Part shown: positions 1 through 11,105 of the stretch, one piece after another
Position numbering within the stretch: position 1 is the stretch's first letter
Layout: every line of letters begins with the position of its first letter
Source of the DNA: Perkinsela sp. CCAP 1560/9
Taxonomy: Eukaryota; Protista; Euglenozoa: Kinetoplastea
Direction of reading: 5' to 3'
NCBI GenBank assembly: GCA_965644495.1
Contig: CBFFSA010000002.1
Coordinates: 248,001 to 312,000, forward strand
DNA length: 64,000 nucleotides
Notes under the pieces: model-generated
Database searches by the model: none
What the model was told of the DNA's origin: nothing
What the model saw: the letters and a program-made list of their open reading frames with translations, nothing else
Made by a program: the position numbers and the translations under genes

Positions 1-85
1 TTTTCCAAGCTGTCCCATACAGAATCTTAGGGAGTGCGCGTAAAGCGGCTTGTGCAGGAAAGTCTGCAGTGCTTCCGCAAGTCAT
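1..85 (-). CDS. Aldo/keto reductase family protein, N-terminal fragment (runs off window start)
   Basis: Manual translation from ATG at 85: MTCGSTADFPAQAALRALPKILYGTAWK; 'P.I.YGTAWK' is a typical AKR N-terminal motif. Confidence 0.65.
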   Translation of the reverse strand, partial: MTCGSTADFPAQAALRALPKILYGTAWK

Positions 86-292
86 TGTAAAGGCGAGCAA
101 AACTACTCGACACAAGATAGATTTCAGAAACATTGAAAAAAATTATGTTACATCTGAAAGTATAGTAGTAAGTCTAGTAACGTGCGACGCACACTAAGAA
201 ATAAACTAAAGCACATTTAGTGGGGCACTATGGAGGAGGAACAACGTCACAATCGGAGATGTGGATAAAAGAATTGAAGCGAAACTAAAATA

Positions 293-512
293 CTGTGTCC
301 CCCAATTATTTGTCACCTGTTCTTCGAAAAAAGGACAAAGTGGGGGGGTTAGGCTATGAAAATTAAGTGGGGGGTCAAAATATTTTTATACTTCGAAATA
401 TTTGTTTACGAATGGAAGACCACGAGGAGGTCTTCCCCAATTTTGGGTTGCGCGCAGAGGCAAGACAAATAAGTAAGGGGGCTTGCTATGACAAATAAGT
501 GGGGGGACACAG
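293..512. mobile_element. MITE with ~23-bp TIRs flanked by TA
   Basis: Left TA-CTGTGTCCCCCAATTATTTGTCA (291-315); right end reverse-complements to TA-CTGTGTCCCCCCACTTATTTGTCA (489-514); internal copy of GACAAATAAGT. Confidence 0.8.
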
Positions 513-547
513 TACGTTATTCTATAATTTAAACGACATCTCTGATT

Positions 548-3544
548 TTACTCTATGGGCTCACGATGCTCAGAAAAGAATCTCACTGCGCAAAGCCACT
601 GCCACGTAGTTACAGTAACGCCCTTCATATAGATAGCGGGCTTCTCGTGCTCCAGCGCTGCACGATTAGGGATAGTTTTCGAAAACTCCCTCTTCCCATT
701 TTTTTGTGATGATTTCTGTAACATGGAGAAAACAACCCATTCAGGAGAAGGATGAATACGACTAACCCCGCTATCAGGATGAATGTATAATGCTTCCTTA
801 ACGGGAGAAAAATCGTTTCGTACGAAAAGCGGAAGTACGTGAACATACGCCACATATCTAGTGCGACCGGTGGATACACAACGAACGTGAAGTTCCTCAC
901 ACTCCATAGAAGTAGCTCGTCGAGCCACACAATCCAAAAGACCCCGGCAAACAATTTGTCGAAACGTAATTTCTTCGTCCTTTGAAAGAAAACCTCTAGG
1001 ATGCGTTATTCGGTGACGTGAGCTCATCAGCTGGCGTTCCTCCTTGCGATCTGTCACTGCACTAGACATAGACATTTCTTGTCTTTCATCATGTGAATTT
1101 TCGCGACTGCACAAGGGCACCGTTGTACCAAATAGTTTTCTGTGCTTCTTAAGCTGTATGCTAAGGAGAAGAGATTCTCGTATGGTGTTCTGAATAATAT
1201 TGTGCTTCTTGCAAAATAATTTTCGGTTTTTGGCCTTACGATAGTATTCCAAACAATTCGCCGCAGTTAACATATCGCTTCCTGGATGCAAGAATCGGTT
1301 CTTTGTTTTCTCTGTCGCTTTTGATGGTTCCTCTTTATTAGTTTCTGCGAAACCTTGATCGGAAAAAGAACGAGGTGCGGTCTTTTTACCTTCCACTTTT
1401 TGTTTACAATAACTTTCACGATCGAAGAGATCGACAGCAGTCGAGCACACACTCACGGCATCTACCAGGTAGGATTGTACTATAGGAGGCATTGATCGAG
1501 CGGACAATAACATTATAGCAAACCTAGGGGCAATCGGAATCTCGAGCAACTCTTCACCTAGAGTAGTAATCTGAATTCCTAGACCGCTATCGCTTGTTCC
1601 CATTTTACGCTCGACGGCTCCCGTAATTTGTAACGATTGAATCGCACACTGTATATCCTCAACACGGGGTTCCGTTGGAAAAGGAAATGTGTCGGTCCGA
1701 ACGCCCAACTTTGTCAGGAGTAGAATAGGATGCTCTAATGGGGTTCGAGTAATTTCAGGAATCTGTTGCGGGGACATGCATGACATCGTTCCCGTACTAT
1801 AAAGTCGATAACAGTGTCCAGGAGCAACACGTCCCGCTCTGCCCGCACGTTGAGTTGCAGAACTTTGACTGATCTGGGTAGTGTGATATTTATAAATATG
1901 ATCATCTGCATTGTATAATCTTTCTTTAACGAAACCTGTGTCTACAACATATCGTACAAATGGAACGGTGAGCGAAATTTCCGCAACATTTGTTGCGACG
2001 ACACAAAGTCGTTTTCCTTCTGGGGTTTCCTGAAATATTCTTTGCTGCAAGTCATACCGCAGTTTTGAATATAGGGGAAGTACATGCAAGGTGTCAAAGC
2101 ACATCCCTTGATCGTGGTGCTCATCGTCTTGATTAGATTCTATCTCTGAAGCAAGATCATAGATACTGTCATGGTCTGAAATCCCAATCTGCGAACTCAG
2201 TGCTTGCGCAGATGTTTTGTCAAGAAATTCTCCATGTTCTGTATCGGAAAAGTCAAACATACGCGAGTGAGAAAATCCATTCTTCACGTTGTGGCGAAAA
2301 CCAGTTTCATCGTATGCCCTAGTAGAGGTTGTGGAAAAATAATCGATCAATTTTCGGGTTAGATTCTCACAGTCACGCTGGGTTGGAACAAAACACAGTA
2401 TTGCACCTGCGGGCAAGCGTGTATGGATCTGTATACATTTGAGAAAAGCATCTGAAAGATAAGAATCCAAAGTTGAGCTCTGCAGCGCATAATGCTCAGT
2501 GACCGAGTAAGTTCTACTTTCAATTTCCACGATGGGGGGTGGTTTCGGGTAAAGTTTTCTGTTACTTGCAAAATCAGCAAGTTGTAACGTAGCACTCATA
2601 ATCAACACAGCCAGAGGTCGATTCATAGTTGACCTGAGCGGTACTATTCGTGAAAGTAAGCCAAGGAGAAGGTCGCATTCAACACTACGTTCATGAGCTT
2701 CGTCAATGATAATAGCGGAATACTGAGACAAAGAAAAATCCTGCTGAATTTGTTTCAACAATATGCCTTCCGTAAGAAAAAGTAACCTGGTATCTTGTGA
2801 TGTTTTGCGATCGTAGCGAACCTGATAGCCCACTCTACCTACGCCTATGGGAGGCTCTCCGAGTTCCCAACGCACACGTTCAGCCATGGCTCTGACCGCA
2901 ACACGACGCGGTTGAGTTACGGCAATTACATCAGGGAAGCCGTATTCCCATAGAAATTGAGGAACTTGTGTAGTCTTTCCGCAACCTGTAGCACCACAAA
3001 TTAAGGCACATCCGGTGTATGCTGATATTTTTGCTGCTTCAATGATTTCCCGCTCATACTTTGTAGCAGGGAGAAAAGAGCGCTGCAATTCCAATGCTTG
3101 TGACCGATGAATTTGTACGCTTTGAAATTTTATGGAATTTTCTGGTAGAATAACATGTGGAATTTCTACATCAGAATCGGGGTCATTCTTTGTGTTTCGT
3201 TTCAAACGTTTTGCCGTCTGTTGACCTTGTATACTACCCACGTTATCAGTAACGTATGGTGAGCTTAATTCTTTTTGTGAAGAAGCTCCCTGTTTCTTTT
3301 CCTTCATAATTCGTTTTCGCTCTGCTTTGGTAAATTTGATGGCTTTCTGCTTTTCGCGTACATAAGCGTGATGTTGTTCGGTTTCATCTTTGGATTCATG
3401 CAGTTTCATCATTGATGCACGCAAAAGGCATTCCCTACTTCTCTTTTCTTCACTTTTTCGTTGGAGTCGATCCTTTTTCGTGCGAAAATTCACAGAAAGC
3501 AAATTTTCAAGCCCCAATTTTTCGAAAATATTAGGAGTCGTCAT
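548..3544 (-). CDS. DHX37: DEAH-box RNA helicase DHR1/DHX37 (ribosome biogenesis)
   Basis: GATGCGKTTQVPQFL, TQPRRVA, DEAHERS, MSATL, ATNVAE, QRAGRAGR; 'YKYHTTQISQSSATQR' resembles DHR1. Probable start MTTPNIF at 3544 (ORF extends to 3619). Confidence 0.85.
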   Translation of the reverse strand: MTTPNIFEKLGLENLLSVNFRTKKDRLQRKSEEKRSRECLLRASMMKLHESKDETEQHHAYVREKQKAIKFTKAERKRIMKEKKQGASSQKELSSPYVTDNVGSIQGQQTAKRLKRNTKNDPDSDVEIPHVILPENSIKFQSVQIHRSQALELQRSFLPATKYEREIIEAAKISAYTGCALICGATGCGKTTQVPQFLWEYGFPDVIAVTQPRRVAVRAMAERVRWELGEPPIGVGRVGYQVRYDRKTSQDTRLLFLTEGILLKQIQQDFSLSQYSAIIIDEAHERSVECDLLLGLLSRIVPLRSTMNRPLAVLIMSATLQLADFASNRKLYPKPPPIVEIESRTYSVTEHYALQSSTLDSYLSDAFLKCIQIHTRLPAGAILCFVPTQRDCENLTRKLIDYFSTTSTRAYDETGFRHNVKNGFSHSRMFDFSDTEHGEFLDKTSAQALSSQIGISDHDSIYDLASEIESNQDDEHHDQGMCFDTLHVLPLYSKLRYDLQQRIFQETPEGKRLCVVATNVAEISLTVPFVRYVVDTGFVKERLYNADDHIYKYHTTQISQSSATQRAGRAGRVAPGHCYRLYSTGTMSCMSPQQIPEITRTPLEHPILLLTKLGVRTDTFPFPTEPRVEDIQCAIQSLQITGAVERKMGTSDSGLGIQITTLGEELLEIPIAPRFAIMLLSARSMPPIVQSYLVDAVSVCSTAVDLFDRESYCKQKVEGKKTAPRSFSDQGFAETNKEEPSKATEKTKNRFLHPGSDMLTAANCLEYYRKAKNRKLFCKKHNIIQNTIRESLLLSIQLKKHRKLFGTTVPLCSRENSHDERQEMSMSSAVTDRKEERQLMSSRHRITHPRGFLSKDEEITFRQIVCRGLLDCVARRATSMECEELHVRCVSTGRTRYVAYVHVLPLFVRNDFSPVKEALYIHPDSGVSRIHPSPEWVVFSMLQKSSQKNGKREFSKTIPNRAALEHEKPAIYMKGVTVTTWQWLCAVRFFSEHREPIE

Positions 3545-3754
3545 TCGGTCATACGGAAGAATATACAGTAGAAAAAGATCTATACATGTATGCCATGCCA
3601 TGTATGCATATCTATACATGATCTATGTATATCATGTATATGCCATGCCAATTAAATGATTTCCATGTTAGCGAATGTAGTAATAAGCACGCCACAGAAA
3701 ATTGAACTGCCCTGCGTATGATACATTATTTAGTTGCTACATTGTCTAATAAAA

Positions 3755-4426
3755 TCAGTAGAGAGCTCTCCCATCCGCAGGCTTACGAAGGTGTACACGC
3801 ACTTTTACTCTCTTATTATCATAGACTTCACGTTCGATGCCAAGCTCTTCCGCTCCCGGCATATAGAGCCAACACCAATTATGCCCTAAAACATCAATTC
3901 CTGTAAGTTTATCTTTCTCTCTAAATTCAATTAAGGAAGGATCAACACGAACGCGATACTGTTGCCAAAGTTTTTGTACAACATCCTTTTTTCGTAAGGG
4001 ACAATTAATGCGCCACCCTCCCCCAAAAGATCGTCTAGAGAACAACAGGTAGCCAGTGTTCACCCTCCAGTAAAGATCAAGCCACTGCCTTTTTCGGGCT
4101 GCAAGAGCAAGAAATTCGGCTGTTCGGGCAACATACTTGTCATTTTGCTCCGTTTCAGGGTTGTAGCACCATACGCCAGCAAGTGTCTCTTCGCAAGGTT
4201 CAACTGCAGTTTCGCATTCTAGGTGACTCATTGCAACCTCACGTTTCACTAACCGTTCTTCTCCCGCGAATCCACCGTCGGGACCTAATATAGTTTTAAC
4301 AAAGATTATGGGTTTGAACTCGAGTTGATGCTCGGGTGCAAGCTCCCGACAGACGGTACTGGCGCGAAAAAGCTTTGTAATCGAAAAAGAGAACAGCCGT
4401 CCTAGCACATGCGTTCCCGACAGCAT
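3755..4426 (-). CDS. MRPL9: Mitochondrial ribosomal protein bL9m-like
   Basis: IIFVKTILG..GGFAGEERLVK resembles the L9 N-domain; KKDVVQKLWQQYRVRVDPSLIEF..GIDVLG resembles the L9 C-domain; presequence-like start MLSGTHVLGRLFS at 4426. Confidence 0.6.
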   Translation of the reverse strand: MLSGTHVLGRLFSFSITKLFRASTVCRELAPEHQLEFKPIIFVKTILGPDGGFAGEERLVKREVAMSHLECETAVEPCEETLAGVWCYNPETEQNDKYVARTAEFLALAARKRQWLDLYWRVNTGYLLFSRRSFGGGWRINCPLRKKDVVQKLWQQYRVRVDPSLIEFREKDKLTGIDVLGHNWCWLYMPGAEELGIEREVYDNKRVKVRVHLRKPADGRALY

Positions 4427-5221
4427 TAAGAAAAGAAAATTTAATTTGTGTATCTTATTTCGTTTCTTCCGCACGACACATCCAGTAAGACGTCTTTGAA
4501 TAAAATTCAAGAAAAATCTAACATACATTATATTTGGCGGGAAGCAAAAACATTACAGCATGACGAACAAAGACGATGTAGAAACTAAATTATAGCTTGT
4601 CCACTCTCCTATAAATTATTCTGAAAATAACATAGACTTTGAAACACTTAAAGAAACAGTGCTTCCAATGAGTACCACCAATGAGTTGAAATCTATATTT
4701 TCATGAATAAGTAGGATACGACGCATATGGACTAGATATCTCTGTTGGAGACCGTCTAAATTGTTGGAAAATTTATTGCGCTTTGTCATTTTTTCCACTA
4801 ACATGACTAGACCGGTGTGCGAAACGGGAGCACAACTAGTTCCCGTTCATGCCGGAGAGTCTTCGTGGGGAACACTGTTCTATGTGTGTTTCATATGTGT
4901 TTATATGCTTCGTTGCTCAAGCCAAACAAAAGCATCATTTAGAACGGAAGTAAAGCACAGTGAACGTAATCTAAAGCACAGTTGTCAGAAATCGAGAGTA
5001 AAACTCCGAATCTCCGGAGTGAAAGATGCCCCACCATGAACTTGCGGAATCACAGAATAAAGCACGTAAATACCTTATAAAAATTCGTGGCCCCATTGTG
5101 TTTCGATATAAGTCTTCTCTGGCTGCGCGTTGCTTGCCGTCAAAGAGTGGCCAAAGTATGGACAAGCGCTTATAGTAGCTAGAGTAATCCGAGATTCGAA
5201 TGCAGGTAGCCTTAAATATTC

Positions 5222-7006
5222 TCAGTTCAATTCTACACCAAATTCATTCGCAAGAGCTGTAATATCATTTCTAGTGGTCAGCTCAATCAAGTCACTGCGA
5301 TCCATCTGGTGTAAAGTGAGACGCATCATGTTCCATATCTCGCGTGTACACTCTGCTCTGCGAAACAGTGTGTACTGGTGCAGCATGGGCCCATCTGCTT
5401 TATCTTCTAAAGAGGTTTCACTGGTCGCTTCATTTTGTAAATGTACTGCCCTAAGAAATGTACGTACAGCCTCCGCGTACTCCCCAAGGTTGGAGAGCGA
5501 GATGCCGCGGTTGTAGTGCACCCGAACATTACCCGGTTTAATGTCTAATGCACGGTCGTATGCCTGAAGCGCTTCTTGCGATCGGTTCCCATTAGCTAGT
5601 GTGGCGCCCAGTTGATTCCACAAAATGGCATCGTCGGAGCGTAATGCTAAGGCGCTTTGAAAATCCGCCGCGGCGAGATCGTATTCATGGGAAAGATTGT
5701 GAACAATACCAAGCGCCAGGTGGAGGTCAGGGTCCGTGTTGCTATAGACGGCTGCTTGCTCAAGAGAGCTACTTAGGGCCTGGTGCTCGTCAGCGTTTAC
5801 CTCGAGGTACTCAGATACCATTTCGTCCCCCTCGGAGGTTATTGCATCAACAGTATACGACGCATATTCTGGATGATACCGCAGCCATTGACGTAAAATC
5901 CCAAGTGCTGCACCGGCATGTCCCTCATTCGTCAAGGAAGCGCTAAGAGAAAGATAATTGGGAAGACACAATGGATCTAATTCTACAGCCTTACGTAGTG
6001 CGATTACAGCGAGTGGGTCTTTCTCGCTCTCTTGTAGGGCATGGCCCAGTTGCTGCCATGCCTCTACGTGTTGACTATCTTTTTGGCAGGCTGCCTCAAA
6101 GGCTAGGGCAGCGGAGGCTACCGCCCCGGCGTGCAACAGATCGTTCCCTTCCTCAAAAGGAAAGTCATGAAAGCGATACGGATTGTCAGGATGAAATGGG
6201 TACTCTTCGGAAGTTTTATCCAGTCCTAACTCATTCTTGGAAAAGTTCTCATATTCTTGTTCCCAGGAAAGGTCTTCGTTATCCGAATTTTGAAGGAAGT
6301 CTTTAGCCCAGGATTCTTCCACAGCTTGCTCCTCAAAAGTCGAGAATCCTTCGTCGTCTTGAAATTGGTTTGCCCATGACGTATTTTCCAAATCATCTGG
6401 TACCGCACTCTCATTTATTACGTCATGTTCGGTTGTTTCAGAGAAAGAGTTGTCTTGATTAACTGACTCCGAACGAGCCTCGTCAAGTTCTTCATCCAGT
6501 ATCGTGGGTTCTGAATTAATATTTTGTTCACCCATGCCTTCGATAGAAAATTCTTGCACAGGTTCATTTACGATAGGCCCCGAAGCCTCTCCTACAAACC
6601 TTTCAAGCCACGCAGAGCTGTCTCCTGGGTCATCAAATCCAATATGAGCATCTGAACCAGGAACATACTCTGCATATGATTCATCCCTCATGCGCGATGG
6701 AGGTTCACCTGATTTACGCTCCTGATTCCATACGGAATCAAAAGAAACATCGAAATATTCATCATTTCCCGTAAAAGGGGTGATTAACGTTTCTGCGTAT
6801 TCTATTGGAGGCGTCTCATCGTTGTAGTTCGAGGGAAAAGCATTAAAGTCAGCGTATAGAGGGGGCGCTTCATTCACATGAGATTCCTCCGGTGTCTCAC
6901 CCCAAGTCTCAAGCGGAACCATAGGGCCTTGAAACATAGCCCCTGCTGCATCTGCAAATGTGTTCCCTCCGCAACTGGGGTCCAGTAGATCGCGAAAAAA
7001 ACTCAT
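5222..7006 (-). CDS. PEX5: Peroxisomal/glycosomal PTS1 receptor
   Basis: N-terminal Cys (RDLLDPSCGG), WxxxF/Y motifs (WLERF, WANQF, WAKDF, WEQEY), YPFHPDNPY, C-terminal TPRs (LWNQLGATLANG); ATG at 7006. Confidence 0.93.
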   Translation of the reverse strand: MSFFRDLLDPSCGGNTFADAAGAMFQGPMVPLETWGETPEESHVNEAPPLYADFNAFPSNYNDETPPIEYAETLITPFTGNDEYFDVSFDSVWNQERKSGEPPSRMRDESYAEYVPGSDAHIGFDDPGDSSAWLERFVGEASGPIVNEPVQEFSIEGMGEQNINSEPTILDEELDEARSESVNQDNSFSETTEHDVINESAVPDDLENTSWANQFQDDEGFSTFEEQAVEESWAKDFLQNSDNEDLSWEQEYENFSKNELGLDKTSEEYPFHPDNPYRFHDFPFEEGNDLLHAGAVASAALAFEAACQKDSQHVEAWQQLGHALQESEKDPLAVIALRKAVELDPLCLPNYLSLSASLTNEGHAGAALGILRQWLRYHPEYASYTVDAITSEGDEMVSEYLEVNADEHQALSSSLEQAAVYSNTDPDLHLALGIVHNLSHEYDLAAADFQSALALRSDDAILWNQLGATLANGNRSQEALQAYDRALDIKPGNVRVHYNRGISLSNLGEYAEAVRTFLRAVHLQNEATSETSLEDKADGPMLHQYTLFRRAECTREIWNMMRLTLHQMDRSDLIELTTRNDITALANEFGVELN

Positions 7007-7299
7007 TCTTAAGTTAAGGGGATTAGTTTGAATACCGTTCACTACCACAATTCTTTTACCATACAAACAAACTGCAACAATTTAAATAAATGCGCCTAAA
7101 AGCTTGAATCTTTTAATCAAATAGAACAAAAGTCACAATCTATAGTAGACTAGTACGAAATGTCTCCCTACTTATTCCAAAGAAAAGTTGCGTAAGCCCA
7201 TTCCTTAAGATTTTTCTTATACAAGAATCAAACTCCAAACAGACCACCTCCTACACCTGTATGTGTTACCTCCACAAGAATACACCTTAACGCTTCACA

Positions 7300-8110
7300 T
7301 AAAACTCTACTTTCCCCCCACCCCTCTATTCCCCCCTCACTCCGCAAACGTTTTAAAATCCCGCAACCACCGCTCATACTCCCCTTGCTCAATATACTCA
7401 CACTGCTCCTTAATAAACACCGCAAACTTATCCGTCACCCCTTTCCCCTCCAAGTAACTATGCAACACGGTAATCACGGCCTCATCCAGGTGCGCCAACG
7501 TGGGGCCCTGGTAGTGACTCTCCAGTTCCCGGCACGTCTGGGCGGATAAGAAATCCGTAATCCCCCGGGCGCTGGGGTAGACCACAATGTTGTCCACCAC
7601 GAGCTCGTTCTCCACGGAGAGCATGGAGAACTCCACGGTGCGCTGGTGCCGCAGCGCGCGCAGCACAAACGGGTACTGCTCCACGGGCTCCTCCGTGTTC
7701 CCCGCGTCCGGGTTCCCCTTCGGGAGGGCGCAGAAGACCTCGAGCGTGGCCTCCGCGGGGCTGGCCGCGGGGTGGGACATGGTGAAGAAGCTCTTGCCGG
7801 GGTGGAGCTGGAGGGTCCAGCCATCGGGGAGGGGAGGTGGGGGGCTGCGGTCGATGGCCTGCTCGTCCGTGAGCTCCTTGTCGAGGACTTTGCAGAGGTC
7901 GGTGGGGGGGGAGGGGGAGGGGGGAGGGGGGGAGGAGGGGGTGCAGTAGGGTCGGGTGAGGGGGGAGGGGAGGGCAGTGCGCGTGAGGGGGGTGAGGGGT
8001 GTAAGGGGGTAGAGGAGGCGGGTGGGGAATTTGGGGGAACGTTGGAGGAGGGAACGCATGGAGGAAGGGGAGGAGAAAGAGTGGTAAGGGAAAAGGAAAA
8101 GTATGGGGTG
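7300..8110. other. GC-rich C-to-G skew-switch island 1
   Basis: Plus strand C-rich ~7300-7720, G-rich ~7760-8110 (runs of 5-8 G); boundaries approximate. Confidence 0.8.
7337..8059 (-). CDS. Mitochondrial acidic matrix protein, MAM33/p22 family
   Basis: YQGPTLAHLDEAV..YLEGKGVTDKFA..EYIEQGEYERWL is the MAM33 C-terminal signature; Arg-rich presequence. Confidence 0.85.
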   Translation of the reverse strand: MRSLLQRSPKFPTRLLYPLTPLTPLTRTALPSPLTRPYCTPSSPPPPSPSPPTDLCKVLDKELTDEQAIDRSPPPPLPDGWTLQLHPGKSFFTMSHPAASPAEATLEVFCALPKGNPDAGNTEEPVEQYPFVLRALRHQRTVEFSMLSVENELVVDNIVVYPSARGITDFLSAQTCRELESHYQGPTLAHLDEAVITVLHSYLEGKGVTDKFAVFIKEQCEYIEQGEYERWLRDFKTFAE

Positions 8111-8379
8111 AAAACAATTGTTTCCCCCCTCTAATAACTAATTATAAATCCTTTCCCCTATATATTATTTATGAATAATTATAGGGTGAAGGATGGAATA
8201 TAATGGAGGTGGAGTGTTGCGTTCTATCCGAGACATGCTGATAGAAGAGATGTTATTTGAATGAAAGTGGCATAGAAATGGAAGCCGTGGTTTTCATTAA
8301 GCGAGAAGGCTACCTCTCTGATCCGGTATGACAATACAGGAGAAAGACGATTCGGAATGTTTTTGAAAGTTTATATGAT

Positions 8380-9546
8380 TTAAAGCGACACGTTCTCTAA
8401 ATATGCTTTGATTAGATATTCGATGCCGGAGGCTGCAACAGAGTCTTTCGTTAGAATAGCATTTACTAACACAGGTATATCGTTTTTCAGATCTAGAATG
8501 AATTCCGCAAGAAATATGAGAATATGAAAATCAGCTACCTTGTAAAGAAACGGTTTGTCACGATATTTCTGATCAGCGAAACACCGTGCGAGGTGAAGTA
8601 TAGTGGGACTCTCTTCCCCAGGGCGTGATATGCGTACGAATCGGTTTCGAAATAGAGACGAATGAAAAGGTTCTACAGCCACTGGGGAAATTAACCAACG
8701 ACAATCAATTTCATGACTAGGAGCTTTAGAAACCATAGAAGGCCTTCCCGAACCAGATTTTTGAGCCTCCGCTACCTCTAAAGGTTTACTGCTATGTATC
8801 AAACCCGTCGATTGATTCGAACAGTGGAAGTAACCCAAACGATACAAATGAACGCCTTGCTGTGAAGCTTGCCATACTTCTACTTCACACTCTGCCGAAT
8901 CTTTTTTGGGAGAAACTGTCACTACGATACATAAGTCTCCGAACCGGGAGCTTTCTTTCAATCCTAAAAGTGTCTCCTCAGCAGTCATTACGACCTCTGA
9001 TTTTTCTCGAAAGCCATGCGCGATAATAATGCCCAATCGTTGAAGACCAAAGAGCGAGGCAATTGTGTCAACCTGACATGTTCGAGAATCTGCAGATAAT
9101 TTTGTAGAAATTTCTGTATTCTCTTGTTCAGGTTCATATATGCCGTGTATTTCTATGGCTGTGTCATTTTCGCATATTTTTCCATAGAGCACTCCGATGC
9201 GATGAAGCCTCCAAGACCGCAAAGTTGCAAAACTTTGAAACATGGATATGGCATCTTGATCAATTTTTACCTTCTGTATGCGCGCAGGTTCCCACTTAAT
9301 GCGAAGTATTTTCATAAACTCAGTAAGCTGCGCCCCTGTTATGCAACGTTGATCTTTGTCGACAGCGATTCCACAAATCTCTCTTGTGTTCTGGTTCGTT
9401 TTTGTGTGAAATAAACCAGACTCCGAACAAACTTTCTCCTTGTACAAAGGTTGTTGACACAGATCGCATATTTGAATGTGCGGCTTCTCTTCTTTTGTGA
9501 GCTTAGAGTATTTTTCACTCATCAAACGTCGGTATTCTGCATTCAT
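8380..9546 (-). CDS. NPL4: NPL4 (p97/Cdc48 cofactor), MPN-like domain
   Basis: RIGVLYG, IHGIYEPEQ, GLQRLGIIIAH, WQASQQ, ADFHILIFL motifs. Confidence 0.8.
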   Translation of the reverse strand: MNAEYRRLMSEKYSKLTKEEKPHIQICDLCQQPLYKEKVCSESGLFHTKTNQNTREICGIAVDKDQRCITGAQLTEFMKILRIKWEPARIQKVKIDQDAISMFQSFATLRSWRLHRIGVLYGKICENDTAIEIHGIYEPEQENTEISTKLSADSRTCQVDTIASLFGLQRLGIIIAHGFREKSEVVMTAEETLLGLKESSRFGDLCIVVTVSPKKDSAECEVEVWQASQQGVHLYRLGYFHCSNQSTGLIHSSKPLEVAEAQKSGSGRPSMVSKAPSHEIDCRWLISPVAVEPFHSSLFRNRFVRISRPGEESPTILHLARCFADQKYRDKPFLYKVADFHILIFLAEFILDLKNDIPVLVNAILTKDSVAASGIEYLIKAYLENVSL

Positions 9547-9633
9547 CAGCTAGGGATCTACCAATGTAAAAAAAATTATTGATTCGTTTTCGAAATCTTA
9601 TGTAATTTCGATGCAATCCAATGTGCTAGAAGA

Positions 9634-9997
9634 TAGGGGGGATTATGTTGTGTCAACAAAAGTCGTGTTAATTTCTGGGATTAACACGACTTTAGTTCAC
9701 ACAACTTATGTGGCCAGAACTATTTCCCCCCCATAAGTGAGATGGCAGTGCCAGAGCGTCATGTAATACCCCTGAAACCGCACTCTCGATGGCCAAGTCA
9801 CCTTCGTTTCAAGGGAAAAGAGCGAATATGCACCCATTTTACCAAAAATAGAGAACTATTCTATTTTTTAGCATACTTTAAAAGTATGATAAAAAACAAA
9901 AGTCTTTTGTTCCTCACCACGTTTCGCATTAACACGACTTTGTTGACACAACTTTTGTTGCCTCGACTTTTGTTGACATAACTTTTTTTCCGCCCTG
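9634..9997. mobile_element. Degenerate MITE with subterminal repeats
   Basis: Right end reverse-complements to TA-CAGGGCGG..GTTATGTCAACAAAAGTCG; left is TAGGGGGG..GTTGTGTCAACAAAAGTCG; four full or partial copies of a GTTGTGTCAACAAAAGTCGTGTTAA motif in both orientations. Confidence 0.6.
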
Positions 9998-10173
9998 TAT
10001 GCTAGAAAGCGAGTAATTGTTTTCTACGATTGCTAACGTTGATATCAATCTGCGCTGTAGTTGAGCGCGAAGAACATGATGGCTTCTTACTTTCTATGCT
10101 TGGTTTCGAAACATACGACCATATATTTATGGTCACTCTCACTCTAATCTGTTTTCTAAAAAATAAAAAGCCT

Positions 10174-10728
10174 CTAAAATCTTCTTCGACCTGCTTCTGC
10201 TCGGCGCTGTGCAATAGTGCGCGACGAACGAGGAGCATTGCGTGATGCGTTGGACGTTGACTCGGATGTTTCATGAGATCCAGTGCCCAGCCAGGCCCAA
10301 ATAAACGTACCTAAAAGAGTGAGAACTCGATACACTACGTAGATCGCCATAAACCCATAAATAATATAAAATCGGGACGAGTATAAGCTTCCTGCTTGTA
10401 TCACCCAACATAACCAAAGAAAGTCCTGCGCATAGCTGTACAGACCAAGTACTTGAGCGTTTGTAATGTCCTGACTGTCTAGAAGATTGTTATACTCGTC
10501 AAAGCTCGGAGATACAGCTTTGTATAAAAACCATATCATCGTCAATTGCTGCAGCAACCACAAAAACAATGGAAACCATACCGAAATATTGCGAAGTCCG
10601 GAAAGGTTTACGCGCAGCGTTCCTGATACCAAAAGCCAAAAAATATTTATTACCGCCGTAATAATCAAATAAAGACGGATCCGACGCCTCGAATTACGAT
10701 AAGCTCTCTTAGCGTTTTCTCTTCCCAT
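10174..10728 (-). CDS. TMEM208: SND2/TMEM208 (DUF788) ER membrane protein
   Basis: Basic N-terminus, TM helices, 'LLDSQDI..LGLYSYAQDFLWL', basic C-terminal tail; ATG at 10728. Confidence 0.75.
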   Translation of the reverse strand: MGRENAKRAYRNSRRRIRLYLIITAVINIFWLLVSGTLRVNLSGLRNISVWFPLFLWLLQQLTMIWFLYKAVSPSFDEYNNLLDSQDITNAQVLGLYSYAQDFLWLCWVIQAGSLYSSRFYIIYGFMAIYVVYRVLTLLGTFIWAWLGTGSHETSESTSNASRNAPRSSRTIAQRRAEAGRRRF

Positions 10729-10857
10729 TTTCAAGTATTACTAAAATAATCAATTTGATAAAAAACAAAATAAGACTTTAGATGTGTTGATTGTGTAATT
10801 TATATGTCGAATAATGGAGTACAGGTTTTGCTTTAAAAGTTTAAATTATACTATATT

Positions 10858-10894
10858 AAAAATGAATGGTTTTAAATTAAAACCATTCATTTTT
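10858..10894. repeat. Perfect palindrome with 18-bp arms
   Basis: AAAAATGAATGGTTTTAA-A-TTAAAACCATTCATTTTT. Confidence 0.85.
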
Positions 10895-11105
10895 CACTCC
10901 TTTTTAATCTGGGTGTTGTTCTGAAAAAAATGTAACACATGTAAACAAAGTGCCCTTGTGCTAGCATGATGCATCCTTGAAATTTAAACAATGGCTAAAA
11001 GTAAAGCCTTTTGTGCCTAAATAATAGTTGTTTCTTAGATTATTTACATTGTATTCATCATTTCTCGTTGATGATTCATTTGTTTCATGTTCATCTACGA
11101 AAATG

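Noticed and set aside
4616-5165. Short minus-strand ORFs between PEX5 and bL9m
   Set aside because: No recognisable motif, and the frames cannot be joined convincingly
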